Positions 1-8,318 of a DNA stretch of 41,291 nucleotides are shown here, one piece after another. Numbering within the stretch: position 1 is the first letter of the stretch; every line of letters begins with the position of its first letter. A program made the translations under genes and the position numbers. The notes beneath the pieces were generated by a model. It did no database searches, was not told the origin of the DNA, and worked only from the letters and a program-made list of their open reading frames with translations. This DNA comes from Syntrophus sp. PtaB.Bin001 (GTDB lineage: Bacteria > Desulfobacterota > Syntrophia > Syntrophales > Syntrophaceae), in NCBI GenBank assembly GCA_002067815.1, contig MVQR01000001.1, forward strand, positions 1 to 41,291, given 5' to 3'.

Positions 1-210
1 CATTCTTTTATGTCAAGAGGTGTGCCAGGTTATATGATAAGGAAATAAACAATGATATCAATTAGATATGAATTACTCAGGTGATGCGGCAGTAAGGGAA
101 ATATTGAAAATATATTCTTCTCTAATACTGATATTGCGAGAGTAGAAAAGAATAAATATAATAAATCCATATTGTTGTAATTTGTTTCGTAAGGTGAAAC
201 ATGTTTCGCC

Positions 211-1614
211 CTACGAAACAGAAGCAGGAGAATTTCTTCTTATATTGTATTTGTTGAGAAGAACATAAAGCCTGACTCGTGAGAGTCCCGAGATCTCAGA
301 GGCTTTTTGGATGTTTCCATCTGTTGATGAGAATAGTTTCCTGAGATAATTTGCTTCCTCGCGGGCAATGACTGCATTGCGGTATTCTTTCAATGTACCT
401 ATTTCTATGTCAGGAGAAGAAAACTCATCCTTTTTTTGCGCTGCATCACGGATTAAAGAAACCCGAATATGCATGGGGAGATGTTTGGGGAATAAAATCG
501 GGTCGTCATTTGCTGCAGTAATGGCGCTTTCAAGAGCCTGAACCAATTCTCTGACATTTCCCGGCCATTCGTAAAGACAGAGAAGATCCATAAATTCGGG
601 AGAAAAGCCTTTAATCTCCTTATTATCCCTGTCGCATAACCTGTTAACGTAATGAAAGCAAAGCTCTCTGACGTCACCGGAACGTTTTTTCAAAGGGGGC
701 AATTCAAGGGTGAATGCTCTTAAGCGAAACAGGAGGTCTTCACGAAAACGACCGTTATGAACCATTTCGTCGATGTTCCTGTTTGTTGCGGCGATCAGCC
801 GGAAGTTGCTTTTGACTTCCCGATTTCCTCCCACCGGCCGGAAAGTGCGTTCCTGTAAAACCCTAAGGAAGGCCTTCTGGGCCTCAAGAGTGAGTTCGCC
901 GACTTCGTCCAGGAAAAGGGTGCCGCCGTCCGCCTGCTTGACGAGGCCTTCACGGGACTTGTCCGCTCCGGTGAACGAGCCCTTTTCATGACCAAAAAGG
1001 ACGCTTTCTATAATTGTCGGGGGGAGGGATGCGCAATCGACGGTTACAAACGGGCCTTTTGAAATAGTACTATTATTATGGATGGCTCTGGCAAAGAGTT
1101 CTTTTCCGGTTCCCGTTTCACCGGTAATCAAGACAGGAGTGTTACTGGCGGCTGCCTGCGCTACAAGCCTTATGCAGGCGGACATTTCCTGACTGCTGCC
1201 GATAATGCCTTCCCTGCGAAGTAAAAGTGGTTCCTTATTTATTCTTTTTGCTTCCCTGTATTGAAGAGCCCGTACCAACGGCAGTTCAATCTGATTTCTA
1301 ACCAGCGGTTTTTCGATAAAATCCCAGGCGCCATTTTTTATTGCCAGTTCTGCGCCTTCAGGGCTGCCGTATCCCGTAATTATTATTACTTCAGGGCTGG
1401 AGGGGGCTCCCTGAATCCTGGGAAGCAACATCAGACCGTTGCCGTCGGGCAGGTGGATATCGAGAAAAACTACATCAAAGTTGTGTGAAAGGGCTTTTCT
1501 GAGACCTTCTTCTGCTGTGAAGGCACATTCGACATCATGCCCCATGCTGTTTATAATTTCAAAAAGCAGTGCCGAGTTGAGTTGATCGTCGTCGATGATT
1601 AATATCTTTGCCAT
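211..1614 (-). CDS. Host sigma54-dependent response regulator (NtrC/AtoC family: receiver + AAA+ + Fis HTH)
   Basis: Receiver ILIIDDD/FLDIHLPD, Walker A GETGTGKE, GSFTGA loop, Walker B LFLDEV, WPGNVREL and a C-terminal HTH. Start moved to the ATG at 1614 (MAKILII). Confidence 0.95.
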   Translation of the reverse strand: MAKILIIDDDQLNSALLFEIINSMGHDVECAFTAEEGLRKALSHNFDVVFLDIHLPDGNGLMLLPRIQGAPSSPEVIIITGYGSPEGAELAIKNGAWDFIEKPLVRNQIELPLVRALQYREAKRINKEPLLLRREGIIGSSQEMSACIRLVAQAAASNTPVLITGETGTGKELFARAIHNNSTISKGPFVTVDCASLPPTIIESVLFGHEKGSFTGADKSREGLVKQADGGTLFLDEVGELTLEAQKAFLRVLQERTFRPVGGNREVKSNFRLIAATNRNIDEMVHNGRFREDLLFRLRAFTLELPPLKKRSGDVRELCFHYVNRLCDRDNKEIKGFSPEFMDLLCLYEWPGNVRELVQALESAITAANDDPILFPKHLPMHIRVSLIRDAAQKKDEFSSPDIEIGTLKEYRNAVIAREEANYLRKLFSSTDGNIQKASEISGLSRVRLYVLLNKYNIRRNSPASVS

Positions 1615-1942
1615 GTGCCTGTATTTCCTTTTTATCCAGTTCCCGCCTGAGCGAATACGCAATCCTTTGCCGGAAGTCGGATTTCGTAGATGATAAATGC
1701 TTCATGCGTTCGGCTCCATAGTTTAACTTTTCATGGTTCTCGGGAATGGGAATGGATCGAATATCAGCTCCATGATCCGCTATATGTCGATCCGAATATT
1801 TTACCGTTACAGGTACATGGTGTGGGTAAAAGTATAACACTACAGAATATCTCAGCTCGTAATATTGTCAGAAATAATATTTGTAGTCAAGGTTCCGTTT
1901 CTTAATTTAATCGTTCCCCTTTTAAAGAAGTACGATGATAAA

Positions 1943-1990
1943 TGTGGCGGCATGAGATAACAGCAAGATGAAAATTGCGATAAATCACTT
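1943..1990 (+). repeat. Phage terminus (tail/S-end equivalent) with two putative transposase-binding boxes
   Basis: TGTGGCGGC-ATGAGATAAC-N11-AATTGCGATAA-ATCACTT; 32/48 ungapped identity to the reverse complement of 41169-41216. Confidence 0.9.
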
Positions 1991-2032
1991 CCCAATACCT
2001 TTTGATTGTATCAAATTTTATTTGATTCCTAG

Positions 2033-2815
2033 CTATTGAAGTGGCTCATGATTCATAATCAGCAATTCATTTACCTGCTTCTTTCTGTTCGCGCCAGATG
2101 CTGAATAAGATGTTTTTACGGTCTCGATATGGAAGCCAGCAAACAACTCTCTGATATATTCCACATCGTTAATCGAAAGAATAAATCTTCCAGAGATCCC
2201 AGCTAGGATGTCCCGCAGTTTGACAAAATCGGTTCGGGCGAAAATGCCGGTTCCATAATAATCCTCGCAGCCATAATAAGGTGGATCCACATAGAAGAAA
2301 GTATCTGGCTTGTCGAAGCGGGTGAAGACATCCGCGTAAGCTCGGTTCTCGATGTAGACCCGCGATAGGCGGAGATGAACAGCCGAGAGCTCCTCCTCGA
2401 TCCGGAGGAGATTAAGCCTCGGTTTGGACGTGGTAGCGATTGAAAATGAGTGGGAATTGATCCGGGCCGCGTAACCCAACTTCAGCAAATAATAAAACCG
2501 TACGGCCCGCTGGATATCCGTCAATGTTTCCGGATCTTCCTTGCGAAATCGCTGGAACTCATCACGTGATACCAAAATCCATTTAAAATAGCGGATGAAC
2601 TCTTCCAGGTGATGCTTCACAATCCGATATAGGGTGACTAAGTCCGAATTGATGTCGTTGATGATTTCCACATCGGAGATTGTCTCATCCTTTTTGAACA
2701 TCAGCCAGGCAGCTCCTGCAAATACCTCTACGTAGCATTTGTGCTCCGGTATCTTCGGAATGATCTTGTTGGCCAGTAACGATTTTCCTCCCATGTACGC
2801 TAAAAAACTATTCAT
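2033..2815 (-). CDS. dam: D12-class N6-adenine DNA methyltransferase (Dam-like; specificity unknown)
   Basis: YMGGKS, EVFAGAA, NDIN and catalytic DPPY motifs; last late gene, in the position of Mu mom. Confidence 0.9.
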   Translation of the reverse strand: MNSFLAYMGGKSLLANKIIPKIPEHKCYVEVFAGAAWLMFKKDETISDVEIINDINSDLVTLYRIVKHHLEEFIRYFKWILVSRDEFQRFRKEDPETLTDIQRAVRFYYLLKLGYAARINSHSFSIATTSKPRLNLLRIEEELSAVHLRLSRVYIENRAYADVFTRFDKPDTFFYVDPPYYGCEDYYGTGIFARTDFVKLRDILAGISGRFILSINDVEYIRELFAGFHIETVKTSYSASGANRKKQVNELLIMNHEPLQ

Positions 2816-2831
2816 TGAGTTCCTCCACAGA

Positions 2832-2860
2832 TTGAATTTTGGGAGTAACCCTGCTATAGG
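2832..2860 (+). promoter_or_regulatory. Putative sigma70 promoter divergent from the methylase gene
   Basis: TTGAAT (2832-2837)-N17-TATAGG (2855-2860), with extended -10 TG at 2852-2853. Confidence 0.45.
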
Positions 2861-2878
2861 CCGTCCTTGCGTGCGTGT

Positions 2879-2962
2879 GCGGATGGTAGCGGGTTATCCC
2901 GTCGGGCGTCATTAGCGCCTGGTCTGGGGAGGTGGTTCTCCCTGGAATACTGTCCGCCTTTT
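2879..2962 (+). ncRNA. Candidate structured RNA (four-way junction/cloverleaf), antisense to the late operon
   Basis: 10-bp closing stem 2879-2888/2948-2957 enclosing three hairpins, with at least 6 G-U pairs that form only on the + strand; followed by CTTTT. Confidence 0.6.
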
Positions 2963-2972
2963 CTCTTATTGA

Positions 2973-3335
2973 TTATGTTCCTTCCGGGTAATCAAGTTGC
3001 GTCGGGATCTCGGCGGCCGTTGAAGTTCCTCGTTTTATCGCCCGCAATTCTTCATCGCGTGCATGCCAATCGGCGGGATACGCCACTCCCGCCTTGTAAC
3101 ACCTGATGCAGACCATATCGGATTTTTCCAGTTCCTCTTGAGCCCGCTCTTTCAGTGCTTCCTTGGCAAGATCCGCTTCGACTTCGAGCCAGGCGGCCTC
3201 CAGTTCCGCCCAGGTGGGCTTTGTCCTGGAGTCCTCCCACCGGATATTGTCATAGGCTTCCTGCGTGCCTGCCGTGACCGAGCCGCCATAAACAGCGCCC
3301 GGAATTAATTTCTCAATCGCTGCTGCTATATCCAT
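2973..3335 (-). CDS. Tail fibre assembly/chaperone-like protein
   Basis: Directly downstream of the tail fibre. XkdW-like N-terminus (W..SRTKPT.AEL) and a C-terminal W..RDEELRAI..P..YP pattern typical of tail assembly chaperones. Confidence 0.6.
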   Translation of the reverse strand: MDIAAAIEKLIPGAVYGGSVTAGTQEAYDNIRWEDSRTKPTWAELEAAWLEVEADLAKEALKERAQEELEKSDMVCIRCYKAGVAYPADWHARDEELRAIKRGTSTAAEIPTQLDYPEGT

Positions 3336-3337
3336 GA

Positions 3338-4531
3338 TCAGTCTCCTATCTTTTCAATTGCAATCAGGGAATATACTTCTTTTGCGTAATTTGTGGCCTT
3401 TCCGAAACCATTGGTTGAACAGCTAGTCTGGCAATAGTGTTGTATTTCGATTACAGATGATGCTGCTATGGTGAAAGTCCCCTCAAGGGCGGTTTTAGAC
3501 TGTACGCCATCTCCACCCGCCAGTTCACTGCTTCCGTTGATTAGTGTTTCTCCTAATGTGATATTTTGCAGTCTACCAATATGAAGAGTCACGTAATGTG
3601 CAGAAGCTACCCCATGAACGCGATATTTCCCGGCCGGGAGCGTGATTTGATTGTCAGATACGCTGGCTCCCGGAATGTTGTTTTTACGGATGGCGTTTAA
3701 ATCCCTGGTCCGCCATGCGCCGCTGGTAAATGTTCCTCCGGCAGTGTTCTGTGTCTTTTCATCTGCGACAACTATCATCAACGGCTCATCGTTGGGATCA
3801 CGCCCCCAATGAACATATGTCGCGGCCTGGATTGTATGATCGGGGGAATCGGCTGTATCATACTCATATTGGATGCGTCCCACGCAGATGCAGTGATGTG
3901 AGGCGTTGCGGGTATAGGTGGAGCCGTCCTCTAGGAGCATGAAGCCGGGGTCGGTGGGCGTTGTAGTTGTGTAGACTTTCTTCCAGCTTGAATGACCGCC
4001 TAACGCCCAGACGATACCCGCTCCATCCCAAATGGCATACAGATAGGCATTTTGCAGAACATCGGCAAGAGATGTTCTTCCCCAATATCCGGCCCCGTCA
4101 GCCAGAACGATCTGGGAGGTTCCGGACAGGTAAGTGCCCGATCTGGTTTGGACGGTGAAACCAGCGCCATCGGGAATCGGAATGGAGATTTGATTGCTGC
4201 TGTCCGGAGCGGCTCCACCGGATTTGGTGAAAATATCCAACTTATTAGCTACCGCATTGACAACGGGCTTCAGATTGTAGACGCCGCCGTTTTTGGCAAG
4301 CAGCAGTTGAATTGCCTGGAGAACCTGATTCGTCGCCGCCTTGGCCGGTGTCAACCCGGCTGACAGAACGACAGCCATCAATTCCTCCTGGACGATGTTA
4401 AACCAGTCCTGACCCGGCACAGTAGCCGCCAGGCCGTTGGCTGCATTGCCCTGAGTGAAATAACCGGGGTTTCCCGCTTCATTTTGAGCGGGCAATTCCG
4501 TTACTGCGGAAGAGGTATCGACTCTAAACAT
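3338..4531 (-). CDS. Tail fibre / receptor-binding protein (Mu gpS-like N-terminus)
   Basis: N-terminal GYFTQGN...DWFNIVQEEL...NQVLQAI anchor typical of Mu-type fibres; follows gp48; G/T/S-rich beta-type C-terminus. Confidence 0.85.
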   Translation of the reverse strand: MFRVDTSSAVTELPAQNEAGNPGYFTQGNAANGLAATVPGQDWFNIVQEELMAVVLSAGLTPAKAATNQVLQAIQLLLAKNGGVYNLKPVVNAVANKLDIFTKSGGAAPDSSNQISIPIPDGAGFTVQTRSGTYLSGTSQIVLADGAGYWGRTSLADVLQNAYLYAIWDGAGIVWALGGHSSWKKVYTTTTPTDPGFMLLEDGSTYTRNASHHCICVGRIQYEYDTADSPDHTIQAATYVHWGRDPNDEPLMIVVADEKTQNTAGGTFTSGAWRTRDLNAIRKNNIPGASVSDNQITLPAGKYRVHGVASAHYVTLHIGRLQNITLGETLINGSSELAGGDGVQSKTALEGTFTIAASSVIEIQHYCQTSCSTNGFGKATNYAKEVYSLIAIEKIGD

Positions 4532-4534
4532 GCT

Positions 4535-5110
4535 TTAGCCTCCGTATGAAAATATGACTGTTGTATGCGCCGGTTTCAGATAACTGATTGCCGATTCCAG
4601 CACCTCGTTGCCCCAGGATCTCAAAGGCTCATTACAAGGGCTCTCGCAGGTCGCCTCTATGATCGTCGTCTCCGGGGCATTGACCTGCCATACAAACCGG
4701 CATTCCTCATTGTAGATTCCCTGATCTATGGGAGTGATGCACGTGTATGGCCTAAATTCCGTGATGGTTATCGAATAACCCAATGATGCGGCCAGGGCGA
4801 TGAAATAGGCCCTGGACTGGCCGCCGCGATAACGCAACTGTCTGACAACGGCGTTTCGCCGGGAATACAGCAGGGAATCGGAGTCTGGGGCCAGACCGCA
4901 TACATCTTCCCAATCTGTAAGCATCTCCAATGTTGTTCTTGGATCGGCTTCATCCAGCAGGTCGTCCACACGGGCGTCAACCCTGCCTAATTCATCGGCC
5001 AGCGCCTTCAAGGTGTCCGCCAGCGTTCCCGACAACGACCGGGGATACACCCATCCGGGAGGCAGCAACTGCAGGAAGGCATTCAGATAGTCGTCGGCGG
5101 TCATTGCCAT
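4535..5110 (-). CDS. Baseplate protein, Mu gp48/YmfQ (DUF2313) family
   Basis: LLPPG, EADPRTT.EML.DWE, GGQSRAYF and KPAHT motifs; synteny. Confidence 0.9.
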   Translation of the reverse strand: MAMTADDYLNAFLQLLPPGWVYPRSLSGTLADTLKALADELGRVDARVDDLLDEADPRTTLEMLTDWEDVCGLAPDSDSLLYSRRNAVVRQLRYRGGQSRAYFIALAASLGYSITITEFRPYTCITPIDQGIYNEECRFVWQVNAPETTIIEATCESPCNEPLRSWGNEVLESAISYLKPAHTTVIFSYGG

Positions 5111-6156
5111 GTGATGGTCCCCAGAATGGCGATCTGTCCCGTGTTATGGGTGACATCAACCGTCGGGCTGATCAGGATATGATCCGTTTCCCCGGCTGCG
5201 ATCGAGATCGCTTCGTTGATGTGGCTAAGCAGTATCGTGGCACCCGGTTCTGCCTCACGGACGATCAAGTCCTGGAGCTCGGCTTTGATAGCGGTCTTGA
5301 CGGCATCCGTGCCCGGTGTGATCCTGATCGTGAGATCCAGCGTCACTGCCGTAGGGGCGTAAACCGTCACGTCGGCAGTCACCGGTCGCTCTTCATCGAT
5401 GTGTGCCTGGACGGCGGCAACGGTCGAGACGTCGGGAATGATTGTGTCTTCCTGATCGTCACAGACGAAGGTTACTCCCACCGTTCCCAGTCCGTTTTGC
5501 TGAGGAAAACACCAGGCCCTTGTCACTCCGGAGATCTCCAGCGCCCAGGCCACATAGTCGAAAGAAGCGCCTCCATGAGGAGGCTGCTGGATTCGCTCCA
5601 GCAGGCGCGACCTTAAGTCGTCATCGCTTTCCTGATCGGACCCGCCAGCGATCCCACCGCTGCCTACCGTGGCCGAAGTAGCAACTCCTTCAATGGCGCT
5701 GGTAAAACTCAGCGACACACCCCCATCCGCATTACCGTCGCTGCCTGCAGTCGATGCCGTTACGGTGCCCGTGCCCGTTCCACCGGCCAGTGTCACATCG
5801 GTATCCAGGGTGTAGGCTATCTCGTCAGATCGCTGAAGTTCCGTTCCAGCCGGGATGACGGCACCGCTTGTCCCCGTAAAGATAACCGCTCCGGAGGCGT
5901 AATCCGCTTCCTTGCGGTCGATGTCCCAGATGGACGCCCAGCGCTCCAGGTATTCGCCTTCCGCCGTGTCATACATGACCTGTTCGGCAATATATGCCAG
6001 GTAACCATAAAGGCCGTGAACTGCGCCGCTATGCATCCTGGCCAGGGCGTTCGTATTGGATCTTCGCAGGGCGGAGTCGGTTCCCTCCAACCGGCTGTTG
6101 AAGTCATTGACGGCTCTTTTTATCAGTTCCGCCAGGGTAGGACGTTTAAAGGACAT
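5101..6156 (-). CDS. Baseplate J-like wedge protein (Mu gp47)
   Basis: RPTL, GG.D.ESDDDLRSR, PPHGG..DY..WA and GTV motifs; start at ATG 6156. Confidence 0.92.
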   Translation of the reverse strand: MSFKRPTLAELIKRAVNDFNSRLEGTDSALRRSNTNALARMHSGAVHGLYGYLAYIAEQVMYDTAEGEYLERWASIWDIDRKEADYASGAVIFTGTSGAVIPAGTELQRSDEIAYTLDTDVTLAGGTGTGTVTASTAGSDGNADGGVSLSFTSAIEGVATSATVGSGGIAGGSDQESDDDLRSRLLERIQQPPHGGASFDYVAWALEISGVTRAWCFPQQNGLGTVGVTFVCDDQEDTIIPDVSTVAAVQAHIDEERPVTADVTVYAPTAVTLDLTIRITPGTDAVKTAIKAELQDLIVREAEPGATILLSHINEAISIAAGETDHILISPTVDVTHNTGQIAILGTITWQ

Positions 6157-6157
6157 A

Positions 6158-6610
6158 TCAATTCCCGTTCTTCCAGAAGGTCTCAAACCGGTATTTAGTA
6201 GAAAGGTTTTTGCCTCTCGTCATGACAACCGTCAGTCCCAGCACGCCGGTCCTGATGATCTGTGCCGTACATTTGACCGAGGAGACAACCCTGTCATCAA
6301 TCAGCCATTGCAGTGCCTCGCTGGCGTATTCCTCAGCCCTCCGGAGGGTTTCCGATGTTTGTTTTTCCCGAGAGAGCAGCCATAAGCGCGATCCCCAGGC
6401 GTCCCCTTCGATGTCAGAATAAACATCGGCCCACCAGCCGCGCCGGTCGTCACCGGACGGCAAGACGTCATCTTCCCTGGCGATCCGGTCGGAAAAGAGC
6501 GACAAAAGTACAGCCGTCTCCAACCCTGCATCCTGAGTCAGGCCAGGTTTCGTAACACTCCAGGAAAAAGTTGATTTGTCAGGATCATATATGACGGCGA
6601 TATCTGACAT
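6158..6610 (-). CDS. Baseplate protein, Mu gp46 family
   Basis: LETAVLLSLFSD, RRGWWAD, GSRLWLL.REK and EALQWL motifs. Confidence 0.92.
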   Translation of the reverse strand: MSDIAVIYDPDKSTFSWSVTKPGLTQDAGLETAVLLSLFSDRIAREDDVLPSGDDRRGWWADVYSDIEGDAWGSRLWLLSREKQTSETLRRAEEYASEALQWLIDDRVVSSVKCTAQIIRTGVLGLTVVMTRGKNLSTKYRFETFWKNGN

Positions 6611-7248
6611 TAAAGAGCCTTCACGATGTTGGTGGCAGTATTGGCCAGGGTTAACTGCTGTGCCGGTATCCCTGTGCTACCAGATCCGGATTGGACACCC
6701 GGATGAGTGTGGCTATTGAACAGGGCAATAAGGCGCTCATCGATGAGAGCCCGCAACGAGTCACGGTCACAGGACAGGTTAATGACTGAACTGTTGACCT
6801 GAAACTTCCCAGAGGCTGTGCAAGATATTTCCGGAGCCGTGACCAATACCTTGATCGCCGCATCGACTCGGACTTCATCGCATCCATAAACATGGATGAC
6901 CTTGTCCCTCTTCAGGTGAATCGCCTGTCCCTGATCATCATAAAGCGCCACTTCTCCCTGGGGCAGGGACTTGAGCCTATAGCGCCGGTCATCGACGGCG
7001 ATCACGATGCCGTGATCCCGCGATCCGCCGACACAAACCATGACCGCTTCCGCCCCTGGGACCGGATGAGAGGTAAAGCCGTATTCCTGGAAGCGCTCCA
7101 CATCGGCACGCACTTCATCCGCCAGGAGAGTCACCTGGAGCTCCTGCATCTTGAGACCGTCATTGATCAAATTGATCACGGCCCGGCCCACCATCATGCG
7201 GGCCATGCGTAAATAAGGGCCTATCAGGCGGCGAAAGGAATTCACCAT
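6610..7248 (-). CDS. Baseplate central spike (Mu gp45/gpV-like)
   Basis: YGFTS.P..GAE, DRRYR, GEVALYD and a C-terminal HxH (HTHPGV) metal-binding tip. Confidence 0.92.
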   Translation of the reverse strand: MVNSFRRLIGPYLRMARMMVGRAVINLINDGLKMQELQVTLLADEVRADVERFQEYGFTSHPVPGAEAVMVCVGGSRDHGIVIAVDDRRYRLKSLPQGEVALYDDQGQAIHLKRDKVIHVYGCDEVRVDAAIKVLVTAPEISCTASGKFQVNSSVINLSCDRDSLRALIDERLIALFNSHTHPGVQSGSGSTGIPAQQLTLANTATNIVKAL

Positions 7249-8318
7249 TTCAGCTCATCCTTGTCTTTGGCCTTCCGGCTTCGTTTGATCTTTTTCTTTT
7301 TGTCCGGCAGGTTGATCAGATCGAATGCCTCGCGGCGGCATAATTCCAGAGTGGTCCTGCTGCCGCCGTCATCCAGCGTATAGGTGCAGCGGGCAATGAG
7401 CATTTCCGCATCAACTCCGATGAAGTCGTCTTTCACCGGCACCATCCTGTTCGGCTGCCATATTTTTCCCGGCCTATATTCCCAGCCCGTGACGGTGTAC
7501 TGGAGCCTGGCGGACCTTCCCGCCCGGACGTTTCTCTCCCAGACGGCCCGATCGGCATAGGTCGATCCATCACCCTGTTCGGCATAGACGATCAAGGGCC
7601 GGTACCGGGTCACAGCCTCATCGTTTTTCTGGGACTTGAGCTGGGTGTGATGCGCCGGTTCGGAAAAAGAATCGCCGCCTGGGGCCTGACCTTTGACTAT
7701 GTATTGACTGAACCGCTCCTTATGGGAGAAGCTTCCGGAACCACGCTCGATATTTTCGCCCTTGACCAGGGCGGCATCGATCAGAGTCTGCGCCGCCCGA
7801 GTCAAAACCAGTCCGCCTCTTCCATCAGAAAGAAGCAGGACGCCCCGCTGTTTGGCAGCCCGTTCGATGGCTTCAAAGACCGTCTCGCCGTCCTGAAGGG
7901 CAAACTTAGGAAAGGGTTTCCCTACATCGACATCGGCCTTCACGGAGATCCCAAAGGGTCCGCAGAGATCCCTGGCGATCTTTAGGAGATTCGCCCCGGA
8001 CCATTGCCCGGTTTTGTAAATGGCGGAACAATCGACCAGGTCACCTGTCGCGTCCCGTCCGGTTACGTTCAGGCTGTGACTGAAAGCGTCGTATTCCGGG
8101 TTTGCCTCATCAACATAGCCTGTGATCACCGTAGTCTCCCCAAGAAGCACCGTGCATTTGTTCCCGGCCAGAATAGGCCATGCCTTGTCCCGGCCATGCC
8201 AGCGATCCGATGCCGTCAGGTTGAAAGATCCGGCAATCTGCTCCAGGCCGATGGACACATCAATGGCCTTCCAGCCCTTATAATCGGAACCGTTGACCTT
8301 CAGCGTCAAATCAATCAC
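7242..8318 (-). CDS. Baseplate hub / tail protein P (Mu gp44)
   Basis: GRD.TGDLVDCS, GET.FE and RYRP motifs; GTG start at 8318 behind a GGAGG SD. Confidence 0.9.
   Translation of the reverse strand: MIDLTLKVNGSDYKGWKAIDVSIGLEQIAGSFNLTASDRWHGRDKAWPILAGNKCTVLLGETTVITGYVDEANPEYDAFSHSLNVTGRDATGDLVDCSAIYKTGQWSGANLLKIARDLCGPFGISVKADVDVGKPFPKFALQDGETVFEAIERAAKQRGVLLLSDGRGGLVLTRAAQTLIDAALVKGENIERGSGSFSHKERFSQYIVKGQAPGGDSFSEPAHHTQLKSQKNDEAVTRYRPLIVYAEQGDGSTYADRAVWERNVRAGRSARLQYTVTGWEYRPGKIWQPNRMVPVKDDFIGVDAEMLIARCTYTLDDGGSRTTLELCRREAFDLINLPDKKKKIKRSRKAKDKDELKW

Noticed and set aside
1559-1905. Short ORFs upstream of the response regulator
   Set aside because: No recognisable motifs; they overlap each other and the regulator start, so this is probably host intergenic DNA.
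2002-2014. TTGAT-TGT-ATCAA resembling an FNR box
   Set aside because: The spacer is 3 bp, not the 4 bp required, and the site lies in the phage end region after a stop codon.
2879-2957. Canonical tRNA gene
   Set aside because: Arm lengths are wrong, and there is no TTC T-loop, conserved D-loop GG or CCA; kept as a candidate ncRNA instead.
2973-4531. Diversity-generating retroelement or invertible tail-fibre cassette
   Set aside because: No reverse transcriptase, invertase, template/variable repeat pair or flanking inverted sites seen.
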